A stretch of DNA of 64,000 bases from Candidatus Binatia bacterium (GCA_963664015.2 CAXXLF010000002.1:960001-1024000); one strand, 5' to 3'. Positions 39,948-51,145 are shown, counted from the first letter of the stretch. Numbers and translations: made by a program. Notes: generated by a model not told the origin, from the sequence alone.

Positions 39948-41486
39948 ATGTTTAAACGCATCCTAATTGCCAACCGGGGAGAGATTGCCGTTCGAATCAT
40001 CCGAGCTTGCAAGGAGTTGGATATTGAAACCGTTGCGGTTTATTCGGAGGCCGATCGCGATGCTCTCCATGTCAAATACGCCGACTACGCCTACCTGATA
40101 GGTCCGCCACCTTCCCTTCAGAGCTACCTTGCCGTCGAACGGATTCTCGAGGTTGCCAAAGAAAGTGGAACGGAGGCCATTCACCCGGGGTACGGCTTCC
40201 TAGCAGAGAATGCGAACTTTGCCCGCAGATGTACGGAAGAGGGTTTCGTTTTCATCGGCCCGTCTCCCGAAGTCATCGACCAGATGGGAGACAAGGTCAA
40301 GGCTGGTGAGATCATGAAGGCCGCCGGGGTCCCCGTGATCCCCGGTTCAGGCAAAGTGCTTGAATCCGAGGAGGAGGTCCTGCAGACCGCCGAGTCCATT
40401 GGTTACCCTATCATGCTCAAAGCAGTCGCCGGCGGCGGCGGTAAGGGATTGCGGCTAGTCCGTTCCTCGCAGGATATGACTTCAGCCTATCGCGCGGTGC
40501 GATCTGAGGCCTCGTCCTCCTTTGCCGACGCCCGGCTATATGTAGAGAAATACTTGGAACGCTGCCACCACGTTGAGGTTCAGATCATAGGCGATCAATA
40601 CGGTCGGGTGATTCACCTCTTTGATAGAGAATGCTCCATCCAGCGACGCCATCAGAAAATAATCGAGGAGTGTCCAGCTCCCGCCTTGGACAATCGAACC
40701 CGGCGCAATATCGGCCGCGTGGCTGTCCAGGGGGGCAAGGCTGTTAAGTACGTGGGCCTTGGGACTATGGAATTTCTCCTTGATTCGGACAACAACTTTT
40801 ATTTCCTCGAGATGAATACCCGTATTCAAGTTGAGCATGCGGTTACCGAAAGGGTCGTTGGCATCGACCTGGTAAAGGCCCAGATTGAGGTCGCAGCAGG
40901 AACCCCTCTTCCCTGGCGACAGCGCCACATTCGGCTGACTGGCCACGCCATTGAGAGCAGGATCTATGCGGAAGATCCAGAAAATGACTTCATGCCTTGT
41001 CCTGGAAAGATCGAAGGGCTCAGGCTACCGGAAGGACTCGGTGTAAGAAACGACTGTGGGGTCTATGAAGGGGCAGAAATCCCCATTTACTATGACCCAA
41101 TGATCGCCAAGCTCATCGTATGGGGAGAGAACCGTGTTGATGCCCTTCTGAGAATGCGCCGCGCCCTGCGCGAATACCAGGTACGTGGGATCAAGACTAA
41201 CATTGCCTTCCACCAATGGGTCCTCCGCCATCCCCGTTTTATGGCCGGGGATATCAACACGGCCTTTGTCGATGATGAGCTACGCTTCGTCGCCAAGGAA
41301 GAACTCTACCCACACCGACACATCGCCCTGGCGTCGGCGGCCATTGCAGCTTTGCATCGGGAACAGGATCAGGCAATGCGGACTTTGACCCAGGGGGCCC
41401 AGGAAAAGTCCCAGTGGAAGGAGACAGGACGGAAGGAGGCCTTGAGAGACGCCTCCGGCCCATTGCATCACGAGAGAAAATGGTAG
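39948..41486 (+). CDS. accC: Biotin carboxylase subunit
   Basis: ILIANRGEIA, HPGYGFLAEN, GGGGKG, RECSIQRRHQK, EMNTRIQVEH, YDPMIAK. Confidence 0.9.
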   Translation: MFKRILIANRGEIAVRIIRACKELDIETVAVYSEADRDALHVKYADYAYLIGPPPSLQSYLAVERILEVAKESGTEAIHPGYGFLAENANFARRCTEEGFVFIGPSPEVIDQMGDKVKAGEIMKAAGVPVIPGSGKVLESEEEVLQTAESIGYPIMLKAVAGGGGKGLRLVRSSQDMTSAYRAVRSEASSSFADARLYVEKYLERCHHVEVQIIGDQYGRVIHLFDRECSIQRRHQKIIEECPAPALDNRTRRNIGRVAVQGGKAVKYVGLGTMEFLLDSDNNFYFLEMNTRIQVEHAVTERVVGIDLVKAQIEVAAGTPLPWRQRHIRLTGHAIESRIYAEDPENDFMPCPGKIEGLRLPEGLGVRNDCGVYEGAEIPIYYDPMIAKLIVWGENRVDALLRMRRALREYQVRGIKTNIAFHQWVLRHPRFMAGDINTAFVDDELRFVAKEELYPHRHIALASAAIAALHREQDQAMRTLTQGAQEKSQWKETGRKEALRDASGPLHHERKW

Positions 41487-41505
41487 GGGGAACATTTTTC
41501 CAGCT

Positions 41506-42009
41506 ATGGCTTTCATAGGAAAACTGGGCGATCAGAACTACACAGTGGAGATCGAGGAAGTCAGCAAGGCGCTGTACCGGGTTGCCATCGACGGCAATGA
41601 GTTTCTCATTGACGGCAGGAAAACAGGGCGGACAAACTACTCACTCATCATCAACCACCGCTCGTTCGAAGTCGACGTGGACGTAACCGATTCCGAATAT
41701 CGTGTCCTGGTTGACGGTAGAAGTTACCACATCGACCTGGTCGATGAACGACACATGCGTCTGGGTGGATCTCAATCGGGTATCCAACTACAGGGAAGGC
41801 AAAACGTAGCAGTCCCCATGGCGGGCAAGGTCATTGCCGTCCTGGTCAACGAAGGTGACCGGATCGAAAAGGGTCAGGGATTGGTCATTGTAGAAGCGAT
41901 GAAGATGGAAAACGAGGTGCGCTCTCCCCTCCAGGCGGAAGTCAAAGAAGTTCGGGTTGAACCGGGCCAAGCGGTAGACGCCGGCGAGACACTCGTCGTC
42001 GTCGAATAG
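41506..42009 (+). CDS. Biotin carboxyl carrier protein
   Basis: EAMKM biotinylation motif. Confidence 0.92.
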   Translation: MAFIGKLGDQNYTVEIEEVSKALYRVAIDGNEFLIDGRKTGRTNYSLIINHRSFEVDVDVTDSEYRVLVDGRSYHIDLVDERHMRLGGSQSGIQLQGRQNVAVPMAGKVIAVLVNEGDRIEKGQGLVIVEAMKMENEVRSPLQAEVKEVRVEPGQAVDAGETLVVVE

Positions 42010-42099
42010 ATATCCCAAATATAATTTTTCCTAGCACCCAAGAATTCGAACATTTCATCGCAGAGACGTCCCTCGACTGGGCTCGGGACCCTGAGCCTG

Positions 42100-42140
42100 T
42101 GGTTCGAGATACCTCACCACCCTGAGCCTGTCGATGGGTC
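42100..42140 (+). repeat. REP-like dispersed repeat, copy 2 (nested within other palindromes)
   Basis: 39/41 identical to 33599-33639. Confidence 0.85.
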
Positions 42141-42227
42141 GAACGGCGGAGTACGCTGAGGAAATCCCTTTTGCCCTATCGGGAGACAACCATTGGGCAA
42201 AACCTTAATAGCTCTAATTTGAATACT

Positions 42228-42261
42228 TTATTGTTTGTCGTCGTCTTTCGACAAACAATAA
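42228..42261. terminator. Hairpin between convergent genes (possible bidirectional terminator)
   Basis: Perfect 13-bp IR TTATTGTTTGTCG/CGACAAACAATAA with 8-nt loop. Confidence 0.5.
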
Positions 42262-42327
42262 TCTAATTCTCTACGCCCTCTACGCCTTTCCGGTAAATTT
42301 TTTTTAGGGATATCTTGCTATGACCAT

Positions 42328-43089
42328 CTAATCCTCATCCTTGCCATTTCGTCGCGCGAAATAGGCTACTCCGATACTCAAGCCGTAAAGAAGCAACAGT
42401 GGGAAGGCCATGAGGACCTGGGAGACGACGTCCGGTGGTGTCAGGATAGCGGCTAGAATGAAGATCATCAGGAGTGCATAGCGAGAATATCGGATGAGGA
42501 ATAGGTGATCAATTAAGCCTACGCGGGCAAGAAAAAAAGCCAGCACGGGGAGTTCAAAGACAACCCCAAAGGCTAACAACAACTTTGAGGCAAAAGAAAG
42601 ATACTCTCCGATTCGAAGCGTAGGTTTCACCTGCATGCTCTCGTAAGTGTCAAGAAGAAAGGAAAAACCCACCTGAAAGATTACTTCGTAGCAAAACCAA
42701 GCCCCAAAGAGAAAGAATAAGGTTCCGAAGAAAACAAATCCACGGGCGTAACGGACCTCGTACTCGTAGAGACCCGGTGCCACAAACTGCCACAACTGCC
42801 AGAGAATGATCGGCAGGGAAACAAAGATAGAGGCAACAAAGGAGACTTTGATCTTTACGAAAAAGGCCTCTGCCACGCCCGTACCAATGAGGCTGAGATC
42901 CGGGGTTTTTAACTGCAGCAATGGAAAGGTCAGAAAGGTAAAGATTAACTCAGCAAACGCATAAGCAGCCAGGAAGGCCACGAGGACGGCAAGAAAACAC
43001 TTGATCAGACGTGACCGCAACTCTTCCAAGTGGCCCAGAAAAGGCATCCTGGCCTCGCCCGTGGCCTCTCTACTCGGTTGGCTTTCCAC
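42328..43089 (-). CDS. tatC: Twin-arginine translocase TatC
   Basis: HLEELRSRL, FVAPGLY..E, FELP, AAILTPPD. Confidence 0.96.
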   Translation of the reverse strand: MESQPSREATGEARMPFLGHLEELRSRLIKCFLAVLVAFLAAYAFAELIFTFLTFPLLQLKTPDLSLIGTGVAEAFFVKIKVSFVASIFVSLPIILWQLWQFVAPGLYEYEVRYARGFVFFGTLFFLFGAWFCYEVIFQVGFSFLLDTYESMQVKPTLRIGEYLSFASKLLLAFGVVFELPVLAFFLARVGLIDHLFLIRYSRYALLMIFILAAILTPPDVVSQVLMAFPLLLLYGLSIGVAYFARRNGKDED

Positions 43090-43366
43090 TCTTCTGCGAA
43101 GGGGGGTTGGTAGCAGGTGATGGATCTTCGGTTGGGTTAGTCTCTTCGTTCAGTATGGAATTCTCAGCGACGTTAACCGAGCCCGAAGCGTCCTCTAACT
43201 CATCTTCGACCTGACGAAGTTCTTCCTTAAGATCTTGTGTGGTGCGGCGAAATTCGAAAATCCCCTTTCCCAACGCCCGAGCGATCTCCGGCAGCCGTTT
43301 AGGACCCAAGACAATGAGAGCCACGGCGAAGATCAAAATTAACTCGGGCATGCCTATTCCGAACAC
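43070..43366 (-). CDS. TatA/TatB translocase subunit
   Basis: MFGIGMPEL...ALIVLGPKRLPEIARALGK. Confidence 0.92.
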   Translation of the reverse strand: MFGIGMPELILIFAVALIVLGPKRLPEIARALGKGIFEFRRTTQDLKEELRQVEDELEDASGSVNVAENSILNEETNPTEDPSPATNPPSQKSGKPTE

Positions 43367-43473
43367 TGACCCCCTCCAGACCTTCTACCTAGTTCATTTC
43401 CCGGCGCTTCGCAACCTACCCAATTCCAAAGACTTTGCATCCACCCCGAGGGAATGTTAGAGAGACAAGCATC

Positions 43474-44499
43474 ATGGCTCCATCGGCAGCGGTAATTACG
43501 CCGAAATTTTTAAAGCACGACCCCGGAGAATTTCATCCTGAAAGTCCCGATCGCCTCAAGGTTCTCATTGATCTTACCCGGGAACTTGAGGGAAAAGAAT
43601 TGCGGATACTCCACCCGAGAGCTGCCACCCGAGAAGAGATCGAGGCCTGTCATAGCAGTCGACTCATTGACCTAATTCGTTCTACGACCGAGACAAATCG
43701 CACGGCCCTCGACGGGGACACGGTCACCTGCTCGGACTCCTACGAAACCGCACTGTTGGCCGCTGGTGGATATTTGAAACTTCTCGACTCCATCGCCGCC
43801 GGCGAGTTCCAAAACGGCTTTGCTCTGGTACGCCCTCCCGGACACCACGCCATGCGGGATCGGGCAATGGGGTTTTGTCTTTTCAACTCGGTAGCTATCG
43901 GCGCCGAACACCTGAAGCGTCGCTACGGAGCGAAACGAATCCTCATCATGGATTGGGACGTGCACCACGGGAATGGGACTCAAGACGCTTTCTATCAGGA
44001 CCCGTCGGTCCTGTATATCTCCACGCACCAGTATCCCTTTTACCCTGGCACCGGGGCTATGGGCGAGACGGGGGAAGGGAAAGGCGAAGGGACTACCGTG
44101 AATATCCCCCTCCCCGCCGGATGCGGCGATGCAGAGTACCTTCAGGTTTTCAAAGAAATCGTTGTTCCCGTCGCAGAAAAATACGAACCCGATTGGATTT
44201 TGGTTTCCGCCGGCTTCGATTCGCATCTCCGTGACCCCCTAGGAAGCATGCGTGTCACGGTGCAGGGTTTTGAGTTCATGGCCTCCGCACTACTCAAGCT
44301 TGCCCAAAATTCTGCCGCTGGAAGGATCGCTTTTCTGCTCGAAGGAGGATATAATCTATATGCTCTCAAAGAATCCGTCGCGGTCGTGCTCAAGACCATG
44401 ACCGGGGCACAGCAAAGCCAGCTGCCAGCTTCCACAGCTGGGGTAAAGGTTGAAACCCTAATTCGCGAGATCCTCAGTATTCAGGGAAAATACCATTAA
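43474..44499 (+). CDS. Histone-deacetylase-family zinc deacylase
   Basis: HPESPDRL, RPPGHHA, GFC, DWDVHHGNGTQ, SAGFD, LEGGY. Confidence 0.94.
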   Translation: MAPSAAVITPKFLKHDPGEFHPESPDRLKVLIDLTRELEGKELRILHPRAATREEIEACHSSRLIDLIRSTTETNRTALDGDTVTCSDSYETALLAAGGYLKLLDSIAAGEFQNGFALVRPPGHHAMRDRAMGFCLFNSVAIGAEHLKRRYGAKRILIMDWDVHHGNGTQDAFYQDPSVLYISTHQYPFYPGTGAMGETGEGKGEGTTVNIPLPAGCGDAEYLQVFKEIVVPVAEKYEPDWILVSAGFDSHLRDPLGSMRVTVQGFEFMASALLKLAQNSAAGRIAFLLEGGYNLYALKESVAVVLKTMTGAQQSQLPASTAGVKVETLIREILSIQGKYH

Positions 44500-44527
44500 G
44501 AGGCCACCCTTCCTAATTGTTAAAGTG

Positions 44528-44556
44528 TTGACGCTTAGGAAAGGCTGGCTTATCCT
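44528..44556 (+). promoter_or_regulatory. Putative sigma70 promoter of fabF-fabH
   Basis: TTGACG-17 nt-TATCCT. Confidence 0.55.
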
Positions 44557-44580
44557 TGGAGTTTCAAAAGGATTACAAGT

Positions 44581-45834
44581 ATGAGCGAGGGTAATCAACG
44601 CAGAGTCGTCGTCACGGGCCTGGGGCTTGTCACTCCCTTGGGTACGGGAGTGAAAAAAAACTGGCAATCCATCAGTGCCGGCCGTTCGGGGATCGGACCC
44701 ATCACACGCTTCCCCAAAGCCGACGCCTTGGCCTCCCGCATCGCCGGGCAGGTCACTGACTTTAATGCAGAGGACTTCATCGAACCCAAAGAGATAAAAA
44801 AGATGGACCTCTTCATCCAGTACAGTATTGCCGCCTCTGAGATGGCCGTCCAGGATAGCGGTTTTAAAATCGATCCCGCTGAAGCGCACCGCGTCGCCGT
44901 GATCATTGGCGTAGGGCTGTGCGGCATTGAAACCCTCGAGTATTACCACCGGGCCTATTTGGAAGGGGGACCGCGCAAGATTTCCCCGTTTTTTATACCT
45001 CGAGTCATTTCCAATCTGGCACCCGGGCAAGTGGCCATTCGTTATGGTGCCAAGGGCGTTAACTGGACCCCCACATCCGCGTGCGCTTCAGGAACCCATG
45101 CCATCGGCGAGGCCTTTCGCATGATTCAAAGCGGTATCCAAGACGCGGCCATCGCCGGAGGTGCCGAAGCGGCCATTACCCCTCTTGCGGTAGGGGGATT
45201 TGTAGCCATGAGGGCCCTTTCCACCCGTAACGACGAACCCGAGCGGGCCAGCCGGCCTTTTGATAAGGATCGGGACGGTTTTGTGATTGCCGAAGGCTCG
45301 GGCATTCTCATTCTGGAGGAACGTGAAAGGGCTATCAAACGAGGCGCCAAGATCTATGCAGAGATGATCGGTTACGGTGCCAACGGAGACGCCTATCACA
45401 TTACAGCACCGGCCCCCAACGGAGAAGGAGCTGCCCGATGCATGGCCTTGGCCCTCGAGAATGCGGCCATTCAGCCCGATGCGATCGATTATATTAACGC
45501 CCATGGAACTTCCACCGAATACAACGATCTCAATGAGACCCAGGCTATAAAGAAGATCTTCGGTGAACGAGCCTATAAAATCCCCATCAGTTCGACCAAG
45601 TCAATGACCGGCCACCTGCTCGGTGCGGCAGGAGCCATTGAAGGAGTGTACTCAGTGCTGGCCCTCCATCGCGGGCTGATACCACCGACCATCAATTACG
45701 AAAACCCGGATCCCATTTGCGATTTGGATTACGTTCCCAACAAAGCGCGTAAAGCCGACATCCAAGTGGCCATATCCAATTCATTCGGATTTGGGGGGAC
45801 CAATGCCTGCGTGGTCTTCAGGAGGGCCGAATGA
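44581..45834 (+). CDS. fabF: Beta-ketoacyl-ACP synthase II
   Basis: [40 protein letters not shown]. Confidence 0.96.
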   Translation: MSEGNQRRVVVTGLGLVTPLGTGVKKNWQSISAGRSGIGPITRFPKADALASRIAGQVTDFNAEDFIEPKEIKKMDLFIQYSIAASEMAVQDSGFKIDPAEAHRVAVIIGVGLCGIETLEYYHRAYLEGGPRKISPFFIPRVISNLAPGQVAIRYGAKGVNWTPTSACASGTHAIGEAFRMIQSGIQDAAIAGGAEAAITPLAVGGFVAMRALSTRNDEPERASRPFDKDRDGFVIAEGSGILILEERERAIKRGAKIYAEMIGYGANGDAYHITAPAPNGEGAARCMALALENAAIQPDAIDYINAHGTSTEYNDLNETQAIKKIFGERAYKIPISSTKSMTGHLLGAAGAIEGVYSVLALHRGLIPPTINYENPDPICDLDYVPNKARKADIQVAISNSFGFGGTNACVVFRRAE

Positions 45835-46826
45835 GATCGTCATCGTTGAGATCGGTTGTCCTTGGCAGTGGCTCGAAGCTTCCCTCCAAGGTCATGACCA
45901 ACCATGATCTGGAGAGTCTCATCGATACCAGCGACGAGTGGATTACAACGCGAACCGGGATCAAGGAACGCAGGATACAAGAGGATGGCAAAGGCAGCGC
46001 GGACCTGGCTTACCACGCGTCCGTCAAGGCCCTGCAAGCGGCCGGGCTGGAAGCCAAGGATTTGGACGCGATCATCGTGGGAACGGTTACACCGGACTAC
46101 CCCTTTCCAAGTTCGGCGTGTGTTCTCGAACACATGCTGGGAGCTCAAAAAGTTTTCTCCTTTGATGTCAACGCCGCGTGCTCCGGATTCTTGAATGCCC
46201 TAACCGTAGCAGACTCATTCATTCGCACCGGCATGATCCGTAAGGCTTTGGTGGTCGGTTCTGACGTTCTCAGTCGGATGCTTAACTGGCAGGATCGAAC
46301 CACATGCGTCCTATTCGGCGACGGAGCCGGCGCCATTGTCATTGGCGCTTCCGAAAACGGGGACAGCGGGATACTGAGCACTCGGCTTCGCACCGATGGC
46401 TCTTATGCAAAGACACTCTACGTTCCAGCCGGAGGTTCCCTTAAACCGGCCTCTGCGGAGACCGTCGAGGCCAACCAGCACACAATCACCATGAATGGCA
46501 AGGAGGTTTTCAAAATTGCCGTTCGGGCCATGGAAGAAATCAGCCGTGAAGTGCTCCGGGAAGCGGGAGTGGATATCAACGAGGTCTCCCTGGTCATTCC
46601 CCACCAGGCCAATCGTAGGATCTTATCCGCCCTGGCCGCCCGCCTGGAGGTCCCCATGGAGAAGGTCGTGGTGAATCTTGACAAGTACGGCAACACGTCG
46701 GCTGCCTCCGTACCGGTGGCTCTGGATGAGGCCTGGAGGGCGGGCCGTATCTCACCTGGGGATGTAGTGCTTCTCAACGCCTTTGGCGCCGGCTTTGCCT
46801 GGGGGGCAGCGGTGATAAGGTTTTAA
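45831..46826 (+). CDS. fabH: Beta-ketoacyl-ACP synthase III
   Basis: DTSDEWI..RTGI, AACSGF, PHQAN, GNTSAAS. Confidence 0.96.
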   Translation: MRSSSLRSVVLGSGSKLPSKVMTNHDLESLIDTSDEWITTRTGIKERRIQEDGKGSADLAYHASVKALQAAGLEAKDLDAIIVGTVTPDYPFPSSACVLEHMLGAQKVFSFDVNAACSGFLNALTVADSFIRTGMIRKALVVGSDVLSRMLNWQDRTTCVLFGDGAGAIVIGASENGDSGILSTRLRTDGSYAKTLYVPAGGSLKPASAETVEANQHTITMNGKEVFKIAVRAMEEISREVLREAGVDINEVSLVIPHQANRRILSALAARLEVPMEKVVVNLDKYGNTSAASVPVALDEAWRAGRISPGDVVLLNAFGAGFAWGAAVIRF

Positions 46827-46938
46827 CAGCCAGCTAAAGATGTCTCATCTGGTTGGTTGCACTCCATCGCCTTGCCTCTGAGATCCTTTTGAGCGGCCTG
46901 CAATCATAGTCTACTAGCCACCTGTTAGGCCATCTTGT

Positions 46939-47607
46939 TCACTTAAACCCCATCTTTCGGCCCCAATCGTCGGGTGCAGCAAGAAAATCCTGGATCTGCT
47001 GACTCATCTCGGCCGTGAAGTAATTTTTATCGATTCCCGTTGCCAACACATCGTCCCAGGTAACCAAGCTATGGAGCTCGATATCGTGTTCGGCCAGATT
47101 TCTTCTTCCCTCCGATGGACCCAAGCGCTGCAGACCGTACTCAAAGACACAGAGGCAATGGGTGATCATGGCTCCTTCCGCGCGAATGCCGTCGTTGAAG
47201 CGCAGCTTACTCATACCGTCGGTGATCAGGTCCTCCACCAGTAGGACCCTTTGATTGGCTTTGAGAACCCCTTCGATCTGCTTGCTTTGACCGTAACCCT
47301 TGGGCGCCTTGCGCACGTAGATCATCGGCTTTCTCAGAACATGAGCGACAAACGCGGCGTAGGGGATCCCGGCGGTCTCACCGCCGGCAACTACGTCAAG
47401 AAGGTCCACGCTGATCTCCCTCTTTGTCGTTTCCGCGAGCTGCTCGACGATGTCTTCCCGCGCGCTGGTAAAGGAAAGCACCCTGCGGCAATCCATATAC
47501 ACGGGCGAAACCCTTCCCGAAACAAAAACAAAGGGCCGGTCTTTATATACCTGGACCGACTCGGTCTTGAGCAACCACTCAGCAATGCTTGATTGTGCCT
47601 CTCCCAT
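46939..47607 (-). CDS. pyrE: Orotate phosphoribosyltransferase
   Basis: SGR.SPVYMDCR, GGETAGIP, YVRK.PK.YG, LVEDLITDG.SK. Confidence 0.92.
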   Translation of the reverse strand: MGEAQSSIAEWLLKTESVQVYKDRPFVFVSGRVSPVYMDCRRVLSFTSAREDIVEQLAETTKREISVDLLDVVAGGETAGIPYAAFVAHVLRKPMIYVRKAPKGYGQSKQIEGVLKANQRVLLVEDLITDGMSKLRFNDGIRAEGAMITHCLCVFEYGLQRLGPSEGRRNLAEHDIELHSLVTWDDVLATGIDKNYFTAEMSQQIQDFLAAPDDWGRKMGFK

Positions 47608-47678
47608 GATCCCCCCCTTGGCGTTGAATGCTAGTCCGTCCCTATCGCCGAATTGAGGTACTAGAGACCATTCCCCGG

Positions 47679-49052
47679 TTATTCCTCACTCAATTCGGTC
47701 TTCGACACCTGTTCCTCGATCTTTTCTTTCAAACTCTTTAATTGGGTGGTGAGCTCGACGGGGAATTGGCCCGGCTCATGAATCGTTTTGAGAGATTCAT
47801 CCAGAACCCCAAATTCCTTGAGGAAGCGCTCCCTAATCTCGCTTAAAGCCGGTGAGGCCGCAGTCCGTTTCCCTCTGTCCATCACCTTTTCGAGCAAAGA
47901 CTCGGCCTCAGGATAACTCTCCTCTCGAAGGCCAAGGAGGTCTTTTTTTAACCTACCGTTTTCATAGGGCATACGAAAAATCTGCTTGCGCGCGGGCAAC
48001 GAGACCTTACCCATACTTAGTTTTAAGACCGGGCGACGGTCGTACTCAACCAGCTTGTAGGCCATATCGAGCCACGGCGCGTCTGCGGAAACCCCCATGC
48101 GCGTCCCTACACCGTAGGAGTCGTAAGGAGCTTCGGCCTCCGAAAGCGCTACCAGATCGTACTCGTCCAATCCTCCACTTCCAATGATCTTGACCTCCCT
48201 CAGGCCCGCTTCATCGAAAATGCGCCGCACTTCCCGAGCCAGGGAAAGCAGATCCCCACTATCAATCCGCACCCCTCGCAGACGATGCCCCCGGGCGGCC
48301 ATCTCCCTCGCCACTTGTACCGCCTTACGTGCCCCCGCCACGGTGTCATAGGTGTCGATGAGCAGGACAGAGTTTGCGGGAAAACTCTTAACGAAGCTAC
48401 GAAAGGCATCGATCTCTCGCTCGAAACTCGACACGAAGGAGTGAGCCATGGTGCCCGAAATGGGGATCCCGTATCGCTTACCGGCGAGAACGTTGCTCGT
48501 AGAGGTGCATCCGGCGATGTAACTGGCCCGTGCCACCTTCATCCCCGCGTCGATCCCCTGGGTGCGCCTGAGAGAAAAGTCAATGACAGCCCGCCCCGCA
48601 GCCGCATGGACACATCGAGACGCCTTGGTCGCGATCAAGGTTTGCAAATTGACTTGATTGATGATGAAGGTCTCCACTAGCTGGGCTTCGATGATCGGTG
48701 CGCTAACCTCAAGGACGGGTTCGTCCTTGAAGAACAGGCGGCCCTCTGGAACCGCCCAGACCTCCCCGGTAAAGCGAAAGCCCTTCAAAAAATCCAGAAA
48801 ATTGTTGGCGAAGAGACGTGTCGAGTGAAGGTAGTCGATGTCATCCGGCTGAAATGCAATTCCTTCCAGGAAATCAAGTACGTCTTCCAACCCAGCGGCT
48901 ACATAGTAGCTACGGTTGGTCGGATACTTACGAATAAACAGGCTAAAAGTCGCCGGCTCGAGTTTGTGACTCTGGAAGTAGCCCTGGGCCATGGTCAGCT
49001 GGTAGAGATCGGTGAGCAGGGCAAGATGGCCGGGTCTGTCCATGGGGATCAT
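47679..49052 (-). CDS. pncB: Nicotinate phosphoribosyltransferase
   Basis: LLTDLYQLTM, GTMAHS, LIDTYD, VRIDSGD, GVGT, YKLV. Confidence 0.94.
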   Translation of the reverse strand: MIPMDRPGHLALLTDLYQLTMAQGYFQSHKLEPATFSLFIRKYPTNRSYYVAAGLEDVLDFLEGIAFQPDDIDYLHSTRLFANNFLDFLKGFRFTGEVWAVPEGRLFFKDEPVLEVSAPIIEAQLVETFIINQVNLQTLIATKASRCVHAAAGRAVIDFSLRRTQGIDAGMKVARASYIAGCTSTSNVLAGKRYGIPISGTMAHSFVSSFEREIDAFRSFVKSFPANSVLLIDTYDTVAGARKAVQVAREMAARGHRLRGVRIDSGDLLSLAREVRRIFDEAGLREVKIIGSGGLDEYDLVALSEAEAPYDSYGVGTRMGVSADAPWLDMAYKLVEYDRRPVLKLSMGKVSLPARKQIFRMPYENGRLKKDLLGLREESYPEAESLLEKVMDRGKRTAASPALSEIRERFLKEFGVLDESLKTIHEPGQFPVELTTQLKSLKEKIEEQVSKTELSEE

Positions 49053-49304
49053 TGTCGCCTCCGAAAACCCGGCTAGTTTAGTGGAGACGCAGACTTAAGT
49101 AAACCCCGTGCTACGAGTCAACGACTCTATTCCGCATTGAACTTCCATTGATTCTCACCCGCAGGAGCCTCCGGGCACGGCTCGATTCACCCCCTGACAG
49201 TTGTTGATTTCTGAAAGCCCATTTGCTATCCATCACAGAAGGAACTGAAGGACAACGTTTCTTCCAAACCAAAAGTACCATGATTTCTATGCAGGGAGGC
49301 TGAT

Positions 49305-50021
49305 ATGTTTACGGACAAGGTCGAGCTAACGGATTTCGAAAAAATGGATCCCGAATACCGGGATCTCCTGGGACGAGTACTGGCGATCCAGGCCGATTGC
49401 GAGATTGGGGGACCTCACCTCTATTTGGAGCAGATTCTGCCCAATGCCCCAACCAAACTAGACCAACTCATCGTGGCCCGAACTGCAGCCGAGGAGATCG
49501 ATCACTATCGAAAGATCGCTCGCATTGCCGGCGATATCGGCGTGGATGTCTCCTTCGTACTCAGCCGTTCAAATCAAGAGCGATTTGTGGAAAGCTTTCG
49601 GGGCCAAATCACCACTTGGGAAGACTTTGCCGTATTCGGCTTTCTCATCGATCGTGTCGGCCGTTACCAGTTAGAGGAGTTCCTCGATTGCAGCTATACT
49701 CCCCTCGAAAAAATCCTGCCCGACGTCCACAAGGAAGAAGCCGGGCACATCGATTTTGGAACCAACATGACCTCGGAGCTTGCCGCCAAGGGAGGCGAGT
49801 CCAAGGAAAAAGCCCAGAAGGCGGTTGATTTCTGGTACGTCAAAGGCCTCGACATGTTCGGAAAATCTGAATCGTATCGATCGGAACGATATCGTCATTG
49901 GGGTCTCAAGCGCCGAGCCAATGCCGATGCAAGACAAGACTATACCAATGAGGTGAACCCCCTCATCGAGCAGATGGGTCTCCAGATCCCGGACCCCAAT
50001 AAAAACCGTCTTTACATATAG
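49305..50021 (+). CDS. PaaA/BoxB-like ferritin-fold di-iron protein (aryl-CoA epoxidase catalytic-subunit homolog)
   Basis: ADCE, APT, EEIDH, LIDRVG, SY.PL, EEAGH, AVDFWY...LDMFG. Confidence 0.8.
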   Translation: MFTDKVELTDFEKMDPEYRDLLGRVLAIQADCEIGGPHLYLEQILPNAPTKLDQLIVARTAAEEIDHYRKIARIAGDIGVDVSFVLSRSNQERFVESFRGQITTWEDFAVFGFLIDRVGRYQLEEFLDCSYTPLEKILPDVHKEEAGHIDFGTNMTSELAAKGGESKEKAQKAVDFWYVKGLDMFGKSESYRSERYRHWGLKRRANADARQDYTNEVNPLIEQMGLQIPDPNKNRLYI

Positions 50022-50036
50022 ATTGGAATAGAGATC

Positions 50037-50228
50037 ATGGCACCACAGGCCCCGAATACGGAAGTGCTGGATGAACACCTCAAAGAGGTCGTCACTGCGC
50101 TCACAAGCGCCGTCAATTGGGCGATGCCCCATCTCAAAGAACCCAAGATTGTCGACAAGGCAATTCATGACTGTCAGGAGATCTTGGACGTCGTAATGGA
50201 AGGCAAAGTATCCGAGTGGTTGGATTAG
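50037..50228 (+). CDS. Small acidic helical hypothetical protein
   Basis: 63-aa ORF 15 nt downstream of the di-iron gene on the same strand. Confidence 0.6.
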   Translation: MAPQAPNTEVLDEHLKEVVTALTSAVNWAMPHLKEPKIVDKAIHDCQEILDVVMEGKVSEWLD

Positions 50229-50365
50229 GCCGACTTCGCTCCAAGCCGGTAGCGGACAAAGTTTCCCACGGGTCGAGCGCACATGGATAACGCCTGCCGA
50301 TTGCAGGTTGCCCACAACCGGCCCTCTTTTAACTAACAGGTCCCAGGCTGCCAGGGAATAAACCA

Positions 50366-51145
50366 TTGGACATAATCGTTTGCGCGAAAGTTATCCCCGC
50401 TGCTTCCGTTATCGTTGAGATCGATCCCAACACGAAATGCATGGTTCGAAGCGGAGTGGCTCACGAGTTAGACCCTGCGGCGGCTAGCGCCCTTGAGGAG
50501 GGGCTGCGCCTAACCGAAGAGCAGGGCGGAAGCGTGACCATCGTGACCATGGGAACCAACGACGCGACCATCGGAATCCGCTCGGCTCTGGCTATGGGAG
50601 CCACTGCAGCCGTCCATATTCTCGATGATGCCCTGGCCGGGTCCGACACACTGGCAACGGCCAAGGTCCTGGCTGCCGCAATAAAAAAACAATCGTTTGA
50701 CCTCGTCCTCTGTGCAACAGAAAGCAGCGATAGCTATTCGGGGATTGTCCCCGGCCAACTGGCTTATTTTTTGGGTATTACCCCGCTCACATTTGCTAGA
50801 GAGATTGAAATCACGGACCGGACAATTACCGTTAAAAGACAGAGCGAATCCGGGTACGACGTCGTCGAAGCGGAACTGCCTGCCCTTATTACCACGACAA
50901 GCGGAATTAACGAGCCTCGCTATCCTCAACTCAAGGGGATCATGGCGGCTAAGAAAAAAGAAATCAAGAAGTATACGGTCGCCGATCTAGGCCTCGGCGC
51001 CGATCAAGTGGGATCCGCTGCCGCCCGGGAGAAAGTCTTGACCGTTGGCCGACCTCCCGAACGCAAGGGGGGAAGGGTTTTAACAGACGAGGGAGAAGGC
51101 GGAAAGCAGATCGCCGACTACCTTGCCGAGCTAAAGGTGATTTGA
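50366..51145 (+). CDS. etfB: Electron transfer flavoprotein beta subunit
   Basis: ALAMGA, GSDTLATA, INEPRYP.LKGIMAAKKK. Confidence 0.93.
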   Translation: MDIIVCAKVIPAASVIVEIDPNTKCMVRSGVAHELDPAAASALEEGLRLTEEQGGSVTIVTMGTNDATIGIRSALAMGATAAVHILDDALAGSDTLATAKVLAAAIKKQSFDLVLCATESSDSYSGIVPGQLAYFLGITPLTFAREIEITDRTITVKRQSESGYDVVEAELPALITTTSGINEPRYPQLKGIMAAKKKEIKKYTVADLGLGADQVGSAAAREKVLTVGRPPERKGGRVLTDEGEGGKQIADYLAELKVI

